20,000 nucleotides of DNA from Pachysolen tannophilus NRRL Y-2460 (lineage: Eukaryota), in NCBI GenBank assembly GCA_001661245.1, contig KV454012.1:1517078-1537077 (forward strand). Reading direction: 5' to 3'. Shown piece after piece: positions 19,765-20,000 of this stretch. A program made the translations under genes and the position numbers. Position 1 is the stretch's first letter. Every line of letters starts with the position of its first letter. The notes beneath the pieces were generated by a model that saw nothing but the letters and a program-made list of their open reading frames with translations, had not been told where the DNA came from and did no database searches.

Positions 19765-20000
19765 AAGAAATTGGATAGTTGGCGAAAAGTGAAACTAGTT
19801 TGGTTTAAATTTTACCCAATAATAAAAATAAAAAAATTTATGAATTTATGAATTTAGGTTAACAGCAAGAACAACTCATTTCTGGCTTACAATTGAACAA
19901 TAATTTGAACAATAAATGATTTAAGCAAAATGCACAAAAAAAGAAAAAGAAAAGAAAAAAAAAAGGTAAAAGAAATAATATATATATATATATATATATA

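Noticed and set aside
19241..20000. (TAA)n, (TA)n and poly(A) tracts
   Set aside because: Ordinary microsatellites found in every intergenic region of this AT-rich genome.

Overview
AT-rich, gene-dense genomic DNA from a budding yeast (Saccharomycotina). It carries nine protein-coding genes: a two-OB-fold Cdc13/Pot1-like candidate, YJU3 (monoglyceride lipase), a YDL114W-like short-chain dehydrogenase, IWR1, URB2 (with a short 5' exon and a spliceosomal intron missed by the ORF track), CNS1, SLI15/INCENP, PEX1 and APS2. I found no mobile elements, CRISPR arrays, tRNA or rRNA. Main points of interest: (1) in-frame CTG codons fall where homologues have Ala, Ser or polar residues, pointing to a non-standard genetic code (CUG=Ala favoured, Ser possible), so the supplied translations are probably wrong at CTG; (2) the ~1.25 kb IWR1-URB2 gap holds an unexplained GC-elevated, hairpin-rich island behind promoter-like elements, a candidate unannotated structured ncRNA; (3) a compact Cdc13-like telomere-protein candidate; (4) a triple in-frame AAG-AAG-CAG splice acceptor in URB2. 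All homology statements come from recalled family motifs, not from searches.
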